A stretch of DNA of 64,000 nucleotides from the NCBI GenBank assembly GCA_964188305.1, contig OZ076887.1; one strand, given 5' to 3'. A program made the position numbers and the translations under genes. Shown here in pieces: positions 1-12,642 of the stretch; the first letter of the stretch is position 1, and every line of letters starts with the position of its first letter. This DNA comes from Podarcis bocagei. Taxonomy: Eukaryota. Under the pieces are notes generated by a model that worked only from the letters and a program-made list of their open reading frames with translations, searched no databases and was not told the origin of the DNA.

Positions 1-475
1 CTCTTGCACTAAGTGGGGCTTACTTGAGAGTTGTACATAATTGAATAGACCAGGGTTTATCTTATTGATGTTTCTACTTGCAAAAGAAAAATAGAAGATC
101 TAGACAAACTTTTTAAATCCTGTTGATTTCAAAAATGAGAGGCAGAGAGGAACTGAAATATATCCCAAAGAAGTTGCTAAATAATATTTGAATAAATGGG
201 TGACATTTCTTGAGCTGTTGTCCTTGAGCCCCATGCAATCATTTGTTGGTTCAGTATTATATGATATAGCTTGCTTCACCCAGCTCCCCTGCCTTTGCTC
301 CTTCTACCCTTCTCACTATTGGATGTTCTTTGTTTATTGTTAATTATGTTGTGTATGTGTGCGAATGTTTGAGCTGGTTTTGCATCTCTGATAATGAGAA
401 CATTAGCTATTAATGATGGTGGAAGAGGAATACTGGTGTGTGTGAGGGAGTACTTATGAAGATAGGATCATCTGA

Positions 476-506
476 GACCTCCGGGTATAGGGCAGTATAT
501 AAATTC

Positions 507-553
<47 letters not shown>
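476..553 (+). mobile_element. LINE (L2-type) 3' tail with (ATT)n microsatellite
   Basis: gggtatagggcagtatataaat followed by (tta)n at 507-553, typical of a squamate L2 3' end. Confidence 0.55.
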
Positions 554-648
554 GCCACTGTTTGACTTTAGTGTGCAACAATGATTTAAGCCTGATTTAT
601 AACTACATAACTTGTCAATTTCATAACTTGCCCATAAAAATCACCTTG

Positions 649-847
649 GGTGGTATCCAACTACCTTGATCCATCAGTGAAAGGATTTCTCCATGCATAC
701 CGCACAAACCCTCTCCAGATTTGCTGCACAGGGTTGGTAGAACCCCCATAACAGATAGAGGGGACATGTAGGGGAGAAAAGGGAGGAAATTCAATTGCAT
801 CAATGGAAATCCCTGCACTGACAAAATGAGTTAGTGGGATCCCACCC
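649..847. mobile_element. Old ~200-bp palindromic MITE-like repeat
   Basis: Ends gggtggtatcc ... gggatcccaccc are inverted. Similar decayed cores lie near 5480-5640, 9170-9330, 15460-15640, 30480-30640, 38070-38260 and 47650-47880. Confidence 0.5.
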
Positions 848-903
848 TATGTTGCATGGTCTTCAGTGATAACCATACATCTTAGAATGGCTTCATTTAT
901 ATA

Positions 904-1129
904 CTGTGGTACCTTGGGTTAAGAACTTAATTCATTCTGAAGGTCCGTTCTTAGCCTGAAACTGTTCTAAACCTGAGGTACCACTTTAGCTAATGGGTCT
1001 TCCCACTGCCGCCACGCCGCCGGAGCACGTTTTATGTTCTCATCCTGAAGCAAAGTTCCTATCCCGAGGTACTATTTCTGGGTTAGCGGAGTCTGTAACC
1101 TGAAGTGTCTGTAACCTGAGGTACCACTG
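904..1129 (+). mobile_element. Tc1/mariner (Tigger/pogo-like) MITE
   Basis: TIR c(t/a)gtggtacct...aggtaccactg with TA on both sides (902-903, 1130-1131). Same family as 15039, 16957 and 24098. Confidence 0.9.
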
Positions 1130-1939
1130 TACTGTACTTGGGCACAGAGCCATCTGTTGATTGTGTTCTACATCTGAATTGCCACGGCTACATTTTGTTT
1201 TTCTGATGAGTGAGTGACGATGGTGATAATGAATATTTTCTTCGAAAAAGACCATTCACAATGAAATCAAACTTCCTGAGCTCCAAGTCAACCAAGTTCA
1301 AGATGCCAAACCGTCCTGCTAATTGATACTTTTCCAAACAGAATAGCACATGCTTGAAGGGAGAATCAGTGCCTTCCCACATACTTAATTCTGTACATAA
1401 CAGTGCATGGCTACAGAGTGGGAAGATGCCACCTTTCACTGTAACTGGAAAAAACCCCAGAATGCCAAGAACTAAAAACCGAAATGATGATGATTTATTT
1501 TGGGTTAAAAATAAAATTAAGAACTACATGGAATGCTGATAATACCGATGTAATGGTTATTTAAATTTCCTGCTCTTCCTTTTGTTCAAAAGTGCTGCAG
1601 TGTTTCTGGAAAATTATCAATCTTTGAAGTCTCTTCAAAGAAAGTAAACTGTAAGGAGGCAGCCACAAATAATACCTAGGTATTGAAGGTGCGCTGAGCT
1701 TTATAACTGAGAATATATATTTTTCCTTCTTGTTGTGGATCAGGCCTACGGGCCCATCATTTGTCAATGGGGGAATGAGAACTGCCAGTTTTATGAGGCA
1801 AGAGGTTGCACATAATGTTTCTGAAACTTACATGACAGTGATGTTGGTTTCAAGAGATAAACTGTCCCTGAAATTGAAATAATTGTGCTGCAGCTGATCT
1901 TGCGTCATTGATAAGTGTACCTTTCTGTGTCTATGTAAA

Positions 1940-2390
1940 TGTGCATTGGATGCATTCCAGCCTGGCTTCAGGCCTGGTCATGGCACTGAAACTGCTTTGG
2001 TTGCCCTGGTTGATGGCATTCATCAGGAGGGAGAAAAGGGAGTGCAATCCTGCTCATTCTCTTTGACCTCTGAGCAGCTTTTGAGACTGTTGACCATGGT
2101 ACGCTTCTGGAGCATCTCAGGGAGGTGGGGGTTCTGTACTTCACTGGTTCTGTTCCTACTTCCAGGGCATTTGCAGAAAGAAGTAATGGGAGGCTATTGT
2201 ACATCACCATGGGAGTTGTCCTATGGCTTCCCAAGGGTGCCATCTTCTCATCCTCCCAACACCATGCTGTATGAAGACTCCAGGAGTCCTCATCAGGAGA
2301 TCTGGAGTGAAGTGCCATTTAATATGCAGCTGTCACAATTATGCTACTCCAAAGTGAGAAAGTCCAGATGTACTGTGGCTGTACCATGAT
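1940..2390 (+). mobile_element. Decayed L2 LINE RT fragment
   Basis: Translates to LDAFQPGFRPGHGTETALVALVD, matching the L2/CR1-group RT motif (QSGFRxxHSTETAL). Frameshifts follow. Confidence 0.85.
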
Positions 2391-4731
2391 CAGTGATTAT
2401 GTTTCTGTCAGGATGTAACCCATCTTCGTATGTAGACTGTGACAATTCAGAAGATTGTTCATTAGATGTTACCCACACCTGCTGTGTCTAGGAGGGGGAC
2501 CTGACAACCTTAGTGAACAGTGTTTTACAGTGGCTGGCAGGGGAGATGTAGACATAATGTGGGCAATATGTGGCTGGTAGTGTATGACATTAGTCATAAC
2601 ACCAATAACTCATTCTTGGTCTTTCTAGCCACTCAACAGATGTGCACCTGAACAGCAACAGGTTAATAACTATCAAATCTCTTCCACTACCTTACAATAT
2701 TCCTTCATGCAGTAGCATTCAGAGATTCACACTGGGTAGCAATCTGGGAACTGCCTCACAACCCACCATTGCTTGCAGAGCTTCCACATAGTTGACAGGA
2801 TGATGCTTTCCTGAATTTCTGGATGAACACAGATTTCTGAGATATCCTATCACACAGATAACTCAGGGTAGCAGGTTAGAGCCTAGAAATCTGTTGATAC
2901 AACAGACTAATACACCAACTTTTGTAGTTTGCATGTAATTATAGAAGCCCATAGGTTTGCTTATCAGTTTTTCAAGACGGATTTTTAATTGCTTGTGGGA
3001 TTCTGTGTAAGATTAAGATATCTCAGTTTTTTAAAGGATTATTTTCAACCCATGCACACAGACATGGAACTCATTTGTTTTGTAAAATAATTACATTTTG
3101 CAACCCTGTGAGTATGAAGTACCCTGCTTCTAAAGTAAGGACATGTGATTTGACAGTGCACTACACCCAAGTACTGTTGATGAGCACCTTGCAGTCTATA
3201 TTCCATTACAAATAGAGATCACGTGAAAACAGTATCATTGTTTAATTAACCTAAATAAAACCAAATGGGCTTTTTATGGGAGCTGGTAACATTTACAAAT
3301 TATGGTACATTAATTAGAAAAGAATAGGTTCAGAAGTGCAAATTGTATAAAAATCTAAATACCTTATTAACTTCTCCATAATTAAAATTCTTTTGCCGCC
3401 TACCGCAGAGAATGTTAATTAAAAAGGCTTATAAACCCACACCTCTTTCTCTGTTTCAAAATGCTGCCTACGGTCTAATGTTGCTATGCTGATGAAGGAT
3501 TTGTTTTTTCTCGAAAAACAGCCTCAAATTCCTTATAAACTGACTTCATGGCTTCAAACAGGCCAGGATACAATGTCATGAAGAAATTGTTTTAAACAAG
3601 GCTTCTCTGCACATGGATTTGTTGTGCTGAAAGTCTATGCTTACTTGCATGCATGGTACAAATGTTTATGTTTATATTCAGTAACAAAATTAACAATACA
3701 CCACTTAAAAGCTTCACTTTAAAAAAACAACAAGCAGTTTTGATTGTCCTCAGAAAGGCATAGTATGATGGAGCCAGGTAGGTCTTCTATAGGAAGGAGT
3801 ACCATAATTGTGCAACCACAGAGAATGTCCTGTTATGTTCATATGCAAGTTGAGGAACACTTTATGGTTGGTATTTATAAGTTGGAAACATGTTTCCAGT
3901 TTTATAAATGATGGTTTTCAAAACTGGGAAAGAGCATTGAACCCAACCATTGCAAAGTGTAAGAGGCAATCCTCTCTCAAAGATTCATCAAACCCCATAG
4001 CACTTGTCAAATTTACAAGCTATTTGCAATTATAAAATACTATTTGATTTAAATATAGCCATTTGACTCAGGTAAATGTTTTGGCTTATGTTAAATCTGC
4101 CTTGTTACACTTTACCTCATAACAGCATGTGGGATATTTATTCATAAGGTGCAGGGAGAAATATTTCTCATGTTTTATGTTTCAAGAGGGAGTTTATACC
4201 TAACAGACCTATGACAAAGGCCCAGATGAAGAAACTCATTATACTGGGCAGCTGACGTGTTCCTCCTGCAAAATCATCTTCCTTTTTATTCCTTCTGTGT
4301 GGCATTGTGAGATCACAAATCTAAATTGTCACATTTTAAATTGCTTCCGAGAAGAAGACTTGTCTGAGAAAATTACTCACAGATCAAAAGATAATTTCTT
4401 GTCTTGAAAATAATTTAACAATAAGCATAGCTACTGAACCAGACTAGATATATTTATCCTCCAATCCTATTTGGGGAGACTGGTCTACGCTAAACCAGAA
4501 CAGCAAAGCAATGAACAGGAAATTAGAATTAGACCTAGGAAAGGGGATCTCTTTCCAAATTACAATGTAGCCACTGCATAATCCTGGAGCTCTTAAAATG
4601 GTTAGATTTTTTGGATAATCAGTAGGATTATGCAATTCTGGAGGAAAATGATTTCAGTTTAGCTAATTACCCACTCTGCAATCTGCAAAAGGGAATTTAA
4701 AATGCAAAATGCTCAGTAGATCATTAATAGG

Positions 4732-4957
4732 TAGGGATGGAAGAGATGTTAGATTCAGTACATATTTAAAGCCAAATCAAATCCACATCTTCCGAAACAT
4801 TATGCAAAGCAAAACAGCTAGCCTTCAAAATCCACATTTATCTAAATTTTGTGAAGCAGTTCTCTAACCAAATTGTTGTAAAGTATGGAAAACTGGAGTT
4901 GAGATTGTTAAAATTAGAAATTGAGAAAACCTAAATTGACAAATTTTTCCATTCCTA
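4732..4957. mobile_element. Old non-autonomous DNA transposon (hAT-like)
   Basis: Inverted ends tagggatgg ... ccattccta. No TSD visible. Confidence 0.45.
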
Positions 4958-5214
4958 CTCATCTCACTGGTCATACGTTAACTCAAGGAACATCAACAAA
5001 GGGAGGCTGAACTTGTGTTGGTTGGGGTTCTTGTACCAGCATTTCATACTGATCTTATGCTTGATGAGTTGATCACTATGGTTGATCACTAAACAAATTA
5101 GTGATAAACAGAAGGAGAAGATATGTTTCTTGAACATTTGTACTCTCTGAAAAAGTAGACTCCATATTTTAGTGATGTTTCTACACTGCTTTGCAAAATG
5201 TTGAGAATATCTGA

Positions 5215-5320
5215 AGGACTATTGTATTTTAATATTTTGTTGAAAGCTGCCCAGAGTGGCTGGGGAAACCCAGCCAGATGGGTGGGGTATAAATAATAAA
5301 TTGTTATTGTTGTTGTTGTT
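5215..5320 (+). mobile_element. L2-type LINE 3' end
   Basis: gctgcccagagtggctggggaaacccagccagatgggtggggtataaataataaa plus (ttg)n tail. An inverted relative lies at about 32065-32135. Confidence 0.6.
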
Positions 5321-5963
5321 AGTTTGCCTAATTTTCAGTTTTGTTGTTTTAAAAGGTGAAATACTTTCTGGCTGATTTTCATTTGTAATATTTTACTTTC
5401 CAGTGTTTATAGAGGATATGTTTTCCATAATTACTATGAAATTTCCTCATATTAATTCTGTTTTATAGAACGTTGGAATTCTCTGGTCCCCTCACCCACT
5501 GCATTTTCCTGTACCCCCTCCAAAAGCATCTCCAGAGGGTTGTGGGCTCCCAGAAAATGCCTGAGATGTGCTGTAATGGAGAGGAGGGATCAGGAAAGCC
5601 TCAATGCCTAGCTGGACATATGCTCACATTACTTGCCTTGCACTCTATTATTTTTCGCAGCATGCAGGCTAACCCCCCCCCCACATCAGAAAAGCAAATT
5701 AAAAACCCATCAGCATGTGTTTCATTCCTTTCCCCCACTGACAGAAAAAGAGACAATCTTTTTTCCTTCTCCTCTTCATTTAGTTGCTTAATTGTTTATC
5801 AAAGTGTCTTACGTACCAATTAGTTTTGTGCACTACTAGTGAAGAGACAAATTTCATTAGGCAAAGAAAACGGATTCAAATGGGTTCCCTGATACCTGCT
5901 GTTCAATATTGTTAAGCAGATTAGTTTGGACATTTTTAATGAACAAAGACATTCAAAATATAG

Positions 5964-6050
5964 AGTCCTGTGACACCTTAAAAGACTAGCTAGTTTATTG
6001 CGACATGGATGTTGTAGGCAAGAATGTATTTCATTAGATGCCTGAAGTGG
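5964..6050 (-). mobile_element. Decayed Penelope-like element terminus
   Basis: agtcctgtgacaccttaaaagacta...tttatt...cattagatgc resembles the Penelope-like ends at 19940-20050 and 21166-21316. The hammerhead core is degenerate (CUAAUGA, no GAAA). Confidence 0.6.
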
Positions 6051-6228
6051 ACAGGGAAAGTGGTGATTTTATCCAAGTCACGTGAAGTGCAATTGAAGTC
6101 GGGGGGGGGGGGAGAGATAGGTGAAAGTGAATGGTAATAGAAATGCACTCTGTATGGGATGTGAAATATGAATGCAGTACATAATCTAAAAATGAAGTAT
6201 GGGCAACAAGCAATATAAGAACACACGA

Positions 6229-6560
6229 AATTATACAATTGAATATAAATATAGATGGGAAATGGCTATGTATTGTGAGTACTTATCTACTTTTAAAATT
6301 TTTCACTTATGATCTTTTTCCTTTACTTCTTTATTCTTTCTTTGTTCTTTTCCCCCTGATATCTTATCTTTCATTTCACTGCTTTATTGTGAATAGCATT
6401 TTATAGAGGTATAAATAACTGTAAATATGAAAAGAGATAAAATATTCTCTAATTCATTTTCCTCGGTTAGTTATATTTTCTTTTTCTTTTGTATTTTCTT
6501 TTGTTGTGAATATGTATGTTTTCTAATTTGTATTTAATAAAAAAATATTTTTTTTAAAAA
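6229..6560 (+). mobile_element. 5'-truncated L1 3' UTR fragment
   Basis: T-rich 3' UTR, aataaa and A-tail, flanked by 12-bp TSD aagaacacacga (6217-6228 and 6561-6572). Confidence 0.75.
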
Positions 6561-8193
6561 AAGAACACACGAGGTTTGTAGGCATAGAGCCAAGCACAAT
6601 TGTAGGCTGTGGCAAATTGTAAAAAGGTCTAATGAATTACATTTTTTTCCATTCCAGCTTTCCCTGGAATCTTTTTACATGTTTAAGCATGTACCAAGAT
6701 CATAGATTCTGCTCTGATTCACCTATGGGCAATATGCCTGCAGAAGACGATTTGGCACTTTCCTTAGCTGGATGAGAAAGACATGTGCAGCTAGGTGCTA
6801 GATGCACACACTGCTTTCTCCAACCCAGCAGCCAAGACTGCATACATGAACGCTTTTTCTTAAATGAATAAGATCAAGGTCCTGTTTGGAAAGAGAAGGT
6901 GAATTCGGCCTGGATGCTTCCTGTATCTGATAAACAGCTGACCGACAGGGTTTTAGCTTTTTAAAAGGTCTCTGTGTGCACAGCCCCAGCTGCTCCCCTT
7001 GTGCCTCACTGGATCAGGGGAGCATGCCCACAGAAAGGGAAGCAGACCTCTTTTCATTGCAGTATACGTTGACTTTTTTTAGATTCAGAAAACACACGCC
7101 TACAAAACATACAAACTATAAGTAAATATGAATTATTAGATTATGTATATCACAGAAGGGAAAGCAAGCACCCTTCATTTTCTCCATGATTTAATTGTTA
7201 ATCAATATTTCTCTAAATTTAATCAGATATGATTGCTTAATTGTATTAGCTAGACCAATTTGTTTCAACTATGTATATTTAATATCAATATGAATATGAT
7301 TTAACTATGTATTGATGGATAGGAGGAAAATTAAATTATTTCCAATACTGGTAAGTTAGAAGTTTTGCTGTCACCAGTAAACAAAGCACAATTTTCTTCT
7401 GATCCTTTAATTGTGTTAAAATATGCTATGAGTATTTTGTTGTTGTTGTGCAAGTGGTAGGACTGTATCCACCATTATTTTTCAAACCAGAATTCTTTTC
7501 TATGAGTTAGCTATTTTAAAATATGTATTTTAGATCAATATTTTAAAAACTACATTAGCATATCCATATCTCCAGCATTTGCTTTAAATTAAAGAATATA
7601 TCACTGATTTCCAGTACTGATATTTAAAGTAGTCATTGAATATTGATACTAAGAACATACCAAACTTTCACCTTTCAGCTGTGGGGGAATTGGTCTAAGC
7701 CTGACACAGTTTTCTCCCCATTTATTATTAAAGCTTAGTTTACATTTACGTGAGCCACTTATTTTTCTTAAAGAAAAAGAAACTTAGCTGAAGAATGGTG
7801 GAATATCTTAAACTTGGGTGAATAAGGGGATATTCCCAGTTTATCAGGAGGAATGATTTTATTAATCACCCTCCTGCCAGCTCCACAACAGCTAAGCATC
7901 CAGTCCTGATGGGACAGAAATGCCTTTCTTCAGCTCTTGCTGTGTACGTGACTCAACTTCTATCCATGAGTAAAACTAAGGTGACGAAGACACCTCTATA
8001 AAAAAACCTTTAGACTATTGGAACGCATGTCTGTGGCTTCTCCAACATCCATCACTCTTTGCCAAATAAATGTGCACCAGCTATCCTACTGTGTTTTCCT
8101 GGGATGGCAAAAGTTTGCATAACACAGATTTAGTGCAAGAAGCATTCCTTGGTGGGCCAGGGCTAGTTTGAATCAAACTACTGGAATGTACAA

Positions 8194-8563
8194 GGGACGC
8201 AGGTGGCGCTGTGGGTTAAACCACAGAGCCTAGGACTTGCCGATCAGAAGGTCAGCGGTTCGAATCTCCGTGACGGGGTGAGCTCCCGTTGCTCTGTCTC
8301 TGCTCCTGCCAACCTAGCAGTTCGAAAGCACGTCAAAGTGCAAATAGATAAATAGGTACCGCTCCGGCGGGAAGGTAAACGGCATTTCCGTGCGCTGCTC
8401 TGGTTCACCAGAAGTGGATTAGTCATGCTGGCCACATGACCCAGAAGCTGTATGCCAGCTCCCTCGGCCAATAAAGCAAGATGAGCGCCGCAACCCCAGA
8501 GTCAGTCACGACTGGACCTAATGGTCAGGGGTCCCTTTACCTTCACTGGGTCCCTTTACCTTC
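8194..8563 (+). mobile_element. Sauria (Squam1-type) SINE, full length
   Basis: gggacgcaggtggcgctgtggg head, Pol III B-box ggttcgaatc, ccctttacc tail. 14-bp TSD actggaatgtacaa at 8180-8193 and 8564-8577. Confidence 0.95.
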
Positions 8564-9488
8564 ACTGGAATGTACAAATCCTAAGTTCACTTTGTCGCCT
8601 TTATTGTTTTCCCACCATATCTTGCTTGAGTGCATTTCCCCCCTTGTTATGGTTCCTTTTTCTTTTCTAGAGTTAAAAGGCTGCACTGAAAAATGTGTGT
8701 ATTTGGAGATATGCACTAATTGGCCTTGGGACTTCTCTTTTTTCCCTACTCCATACTGTTGGGAGTCCTTTTCTTGGAGTGGTGTTTTATTTAATTGGCA
8801 GGGAAGACAAGCTAAGATCTCATGGGGTAAATACCTGGGGGATATTCGGGTTAAGGGCACACTTTGTAATTCTGTGCCATTTTTGGCACTGGGTTCCTTG
8901 AGGTCACTTTTGGGCTTGGCAGGTGCACCAGTCCCTCTCAACATTTGGGCATGTTTACAGGCTCTATCTGTGGCCCCACAGCAAAGGATTGGAAGGAATT
9001 CTTCCTCCTTGCTACAAGAACTTTGGATATGTGAACCTGACAAGTGCACTGTGGCCTGCCAGGCTCGCATTCACCAGACAGGTATTAGGAAAGAATCCCT
9101 ACTCATGCCTTTCATTCTCAACCTTCACTTTTGTCCAGCATACTTGAGACTTACAGTTTGCATCTTAAGTGAAGGTAACTTAAGGAAGTTTCCCATACCC
9201 TCCTCCCCTCTGTCGTCACCTGCAATCCCCCAAAAAGCTTTGGAGGCACCTCCTATGCCATGTGGGAGGAGCAGAAATGCCAGGGGAAAAGAGAAGATGG
9301 GAAACTTTCATCCTATTCACTTCCTCAAATTCACTTATCTCAGGATCCAAGCCAATGTTTTGTAGCAAAAATAACAGATTTTATGAAACAAGATATGCCT
9401 TGTTCTAGCCCTTTTTTTGTCTCTACTCTCCTTCTCGTTTCTCTCATGGTTTTTCATTTTATCTTTATTAACATATATTGTTGTTTAC

Positions 9489-12270
9489 TTGGCAAATCTC
9501 CAGGCCCAGATGGTCTCACCTCCAAATATTATAAGACTCTGAAGGATTGTTTGATACAACCGTTGCTGGAGGTCTGCAACCAGATTATGGAGGGGAGAAG
9601 GGCACCGGAAACGTGGAAAGAAGCATTCATCACATTGATTCCTAAGTCTGAGAAGGAAAAGACTCAGCTTAAGAACTACCGTCCCATCTCACTCCTGAAT
9701 GTGGATTACAAAATATTTGCAGACATTTTAGCAAGTAGACTTAAAAATGTTTTAAACGAAGTAATTCACAAGGACCAAGCAGGCTTTCTCCCTGGTAGAC
9801 ACATGTCTGATAACACCAGGAACATTATTGATATATTGGAGTTGTTGAGAATTAGAAATACAAGGGCTGCTTTAATCTTTATTGATGCGGAGAAAGCATT
9901 TGACAACATTTCTTGGATGTTTATGAAGAAAAACTTGAAGGGGATGGGAGTGGGACGGGGGTTTGAAAATGGACTAGAAGCAATTTATTCAGAGCAAAAA
10001 GCCAAGTTGATAGTGAACAATGTGGTATCGGATGAACTTCTAATTGAAAAAGGGACACGACAGGGGTGCCCTTTATCCCCTCTGCTATTTATCTCTGTTC
10101 TGGAGGTATTGCTGAATATGATCAGGGAGGACCAGTTGGTGCAAGGTATAGAGGTCGGAGCGAAACAATACAAACTGAAAGCCTTTGCAGATGACCTAGT
10201 CTTGACAGTACAGGAGCCAGTATCTAGCACAAAAAGAGTTTTGGAACTTATCCTGGAGTTTGGTCGGGTGGCGGGATTCAAGTTAAACAAACAAAAAACT
10301 AAGGTTTTGGTCAAAAATTTGACACCTACAGAGATAGAGGGGTATCAGAAAGAGACAGAGCTAAGTGTGGTTAAAAAAGTGAAATACCTGGGGGTATATT
10401 TGTCCACCAAAAATTTAAATCTTTTTAAAGATAACTATGAAAAATGTTGGTTGGAAATTAAAAAAGATCTGGATATTTGGTCAAGATTGAAACTTACCTT
10501 GTCAGGCCGAATCGCAGCTATAAAGATGTGTGTTTTGCCAAAAATGTTATTTTTATTTCAAACCCTTCAGGTCGTGGACAGAATGGAATGTTTTGGAAAA
10601 TGGCAGAAGGATATTTCTAAGTTTGTCTGGCAGGGCAAAAAGCCCCGAATAAAATTTAAAATACTAACTGACTCAAAAGAGAGAGGGGGGTTTGCCCTGC
10701 CGGACTTAAGGTTGTACTATGAAGCTGCAGCCTTCTGCTGGTTGAAGGATTGGTTCCTGTTGGAAAACACCGATGTCCTAGATCTGGAGGGGTTTGATAA
10801 TGTGTATGGTTGGCATGCATACTTGTGGTATGACAAGGCGAAGGTTCATAAATTGTTTAAAAACCATATTGTCAGAAAATCAATTTTTGCCGTCTGGATG
10901 AAGTACAAGGACTTATTAGAAAGCAAGACCCCGAGGTGGCTATCACCTGTGGAAGCCAAGATTTCTAAAAAAAAGCCCAATATGGAGGCCTATTGGCCAA
11001 AATATTGGGAACTGATTGAAAGAGTTGGAGACAATTGGAAGCTCCAAAGCCAGGACAAATTAAAAGGTAAGGTGCGAGATTGGTTACATTATGCTCAAAT
11101 TCAAGAGGTATTCAAAATGGACAAAAAAGTGGGTTTCCAGTTGGAGAAATCGAAACTGGAGACGGAGTTACTAGAACCAAAGACTAAGGTACTTTCGAGG
11201 ATGTATGACTTGCTGCTTAAATGGAACACACAGGATGAGACAGTTAAATCTGCTATGATAAAATGGGCACAGGATGTAGGACACAACATTATGTCTGAGG
11301 ACTGGGAAAGGTTATGGAACACCGGTATGAAATTCACGGCATGCAGTGCCTTGAAAGAGAACATTATGAAAATGGTATACCGGTGGTACATGACCCCAGT
11401 CAAGTTGGCTAAAATATATCATCTTTCTGATAATAAATGTTGGAAATGCAAGGAGGCAGAAGGGACATTCTTTCACCTCTGGTGGACCTGCCCGAAAGTA
11501 AAGGCCTTTTGGGAAATGATACATAATGAGCTGAAAAAGGTATTCAGATATACCTTTGCTAAGAAACCAGAGGCCTTTCTTCTGGGCATGGTGGACCGGA
11601 AGGTGCCAAAGAAGGATAGAACTTTGTTTATGTATGCAACTACAGCAGCAAGGATCCTTATTGCAAAGTTCTGGAAGACACCAGATTTACCCACACTGGA
11701 GGACTGGCAGACGCAGCTGATGGACTACATGGAGTTGGCAGAAATGACTGGCAGAATTCGAGATCTGAGCGAAGAAACAATGGAGGAGGACTGGAAAAAA
11801 TTTAAGGACTATTTGCAAAAACATTATAAGTTGTTTGAATGTTAAGATAGCGCACGATTAAGAAACGTTATGCTTCTGCAATTTATTTTAAGCAAATGAT
11901 AAAGTAAGCATTGACGGAAAAAAACGAGACATATTTGAAACAAAATATTATGTTTATTAAGAGTCTTAAAACTAAAATACAAATTTTTTGAAATTGGTAA
12001 CATAATATATTTAAAGGTATAATAAGATGGGAAACAAGATAACAAATTGCTGAACTGGTTAGAACAATGAATGCAATGCCGAGAGGATGTGAGGAAGTCC
12101 GAAAGTGAATTGTTGAAGGACGTTAAGGAAAGTTGCTTAATATTTCTTTTTTTTCTTATTTTTCTTCATATATATATATATAAAAAATGTTTCTTGCATG
12201 TTGTCATGTAAACAAATTTGTTAACCTATGAAAAGAAACGCAATAAAAAATTATTTAAAAAAAAAAAAAA
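9489..12270 (+). mobile_element. Young 5'-truncated L1-clade LINE
   Basis: Perfect 19-bp TSD aacatatattgttgtttac (9470-9488 and 12271-12289), aataaa and poly(A) at 12242-12270, uninterrupted ORF2 part, 3' UTR about 11846-12240. Confidence 0.97.
9491..11845 (+). CDS. L1 ORF2, partial: RT and C-terminal Cys-rich domain, endonuclease missing
   Basis: Motifs GKSPGPDG, YRPISLLNVDYK, DAEKAFD, GTRQGCPLSP, FADD, KYLG and C-terminal CWKC...H....C. About 785 codons with no stop. The N-terminal ~76 aa of the tracked 9260 ORF come from flanking DNA. Confidence 0.93.
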   Translation, partial: GKSPGPDGLTSKYYKTLKDCLIQPLLEVCNQIMEGRRAPETWKEAFITLIPKSEKEKTQLKNYRPISLLNVDYKIFADILASRLKNVLNEVIHKDQAGFLPGRHMSDNTRNIIDILELLRIRNTRAALIFIDAEKAFDNISWMFMKKNLKGMGVGRGFENGLEAIYSEQKAKLIVNNVVSDELLIEKGTRQGCPLSPLLFISVLEVLLNMIREDQLVQGIEVGAKQYKLKAFADDLVLTVQEPVSSTKRVLELILEFGRVAGFKLNKQKTKVLVKNLTPTEIEGYQKETELSVVKKVKYLGVYLSTKNLNLFKDNYEKCWLEIKKDLDIWSRLKLTLSGRIAAIKMCVLPKMLFLFQTLQVVDRMECFGKWQKDISKFVWQGKKPRIKFKILTDSKERGGFALPDLRLYYEAAAFCWLKDWFLLENTDVLDLEGFDNVYGWHAYLWYDKAKVHKLFKNHIVRKSIFAVWMKYKDLLESKTPRWLSPVEAKISKKKPNMEAYWPKYWELIERVGDNWKLQSQDKLKGKVRDWLHYAQIQEVFKMDKKVGFQLEKSKLETELLEPKTKVLSRMYDLLLKWNTQDETVKSAMIKWAQDVGHNIMSEDWERLWNTGMKFTACSALKENIMKMVYRWYMTPVKLAKIYHLSDNKCWKCKEAEGTFFHLWWTCPKVKAFWEMIHNELKKVFRYTFAKKPEAFLLGMVDRKVPKKDRTLFMYATTAARILIAKFWKTPDLPTLEDWQTQLMDYMELAEMTGRIRDLSEETMEEDWKKFKDYLQKHYKLFEC

Positions 12271-12642
12271 AACATATATTGTTGTTTACAACTCTATAAA
12301 ATATTTCCCAGAAGCAACATTTTATTGGCTTTTTCCTGGGCATTGTTATGTTGGTATCGCAAAAGCCAATAAAAACTAAATCAAGAGAAATGATTTTTTG
12401 AATTGTCTTTGAACAAAGAATGTAAGTGCCTGGCTATAAGAAGAAATTTTCAAGTGCAGATTGCAAAGTAATAATTTGAGATGTTACCTAATCACTGTAG
12501 TGAATTACTAGGCAATCTGAATACAGAATAAAGAACACATTTTCAATGTCAGCCAAGAAAATTTATTGAGCATATGTGAATCCATCTCTGGTGATGTTGT
12601 TATTTTCCCTAGAAGGAGCTGCAGGTCCTTTATTTGTGTATG

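Noticed and set aside
1200-1285. Possible C/D box snoRNA (ctgatga ... ctga)
   Set aside because: C box lacks the leading purine and there is no convincing terminal stem.
8244-8471. Recurrent similar ORFs (also 13793, 44944, 63602) that look like a gene family
   Set aside because: All are antisense translations of Sauria SINE copies.
8481-9365. 294-aa ORF and antisense 175-aa ORF
   Set aside because: Starts inside a Sauria SINE, runs through unique and old-repeat DNA, and shows no recognisable domain. Treated as a chance frame.
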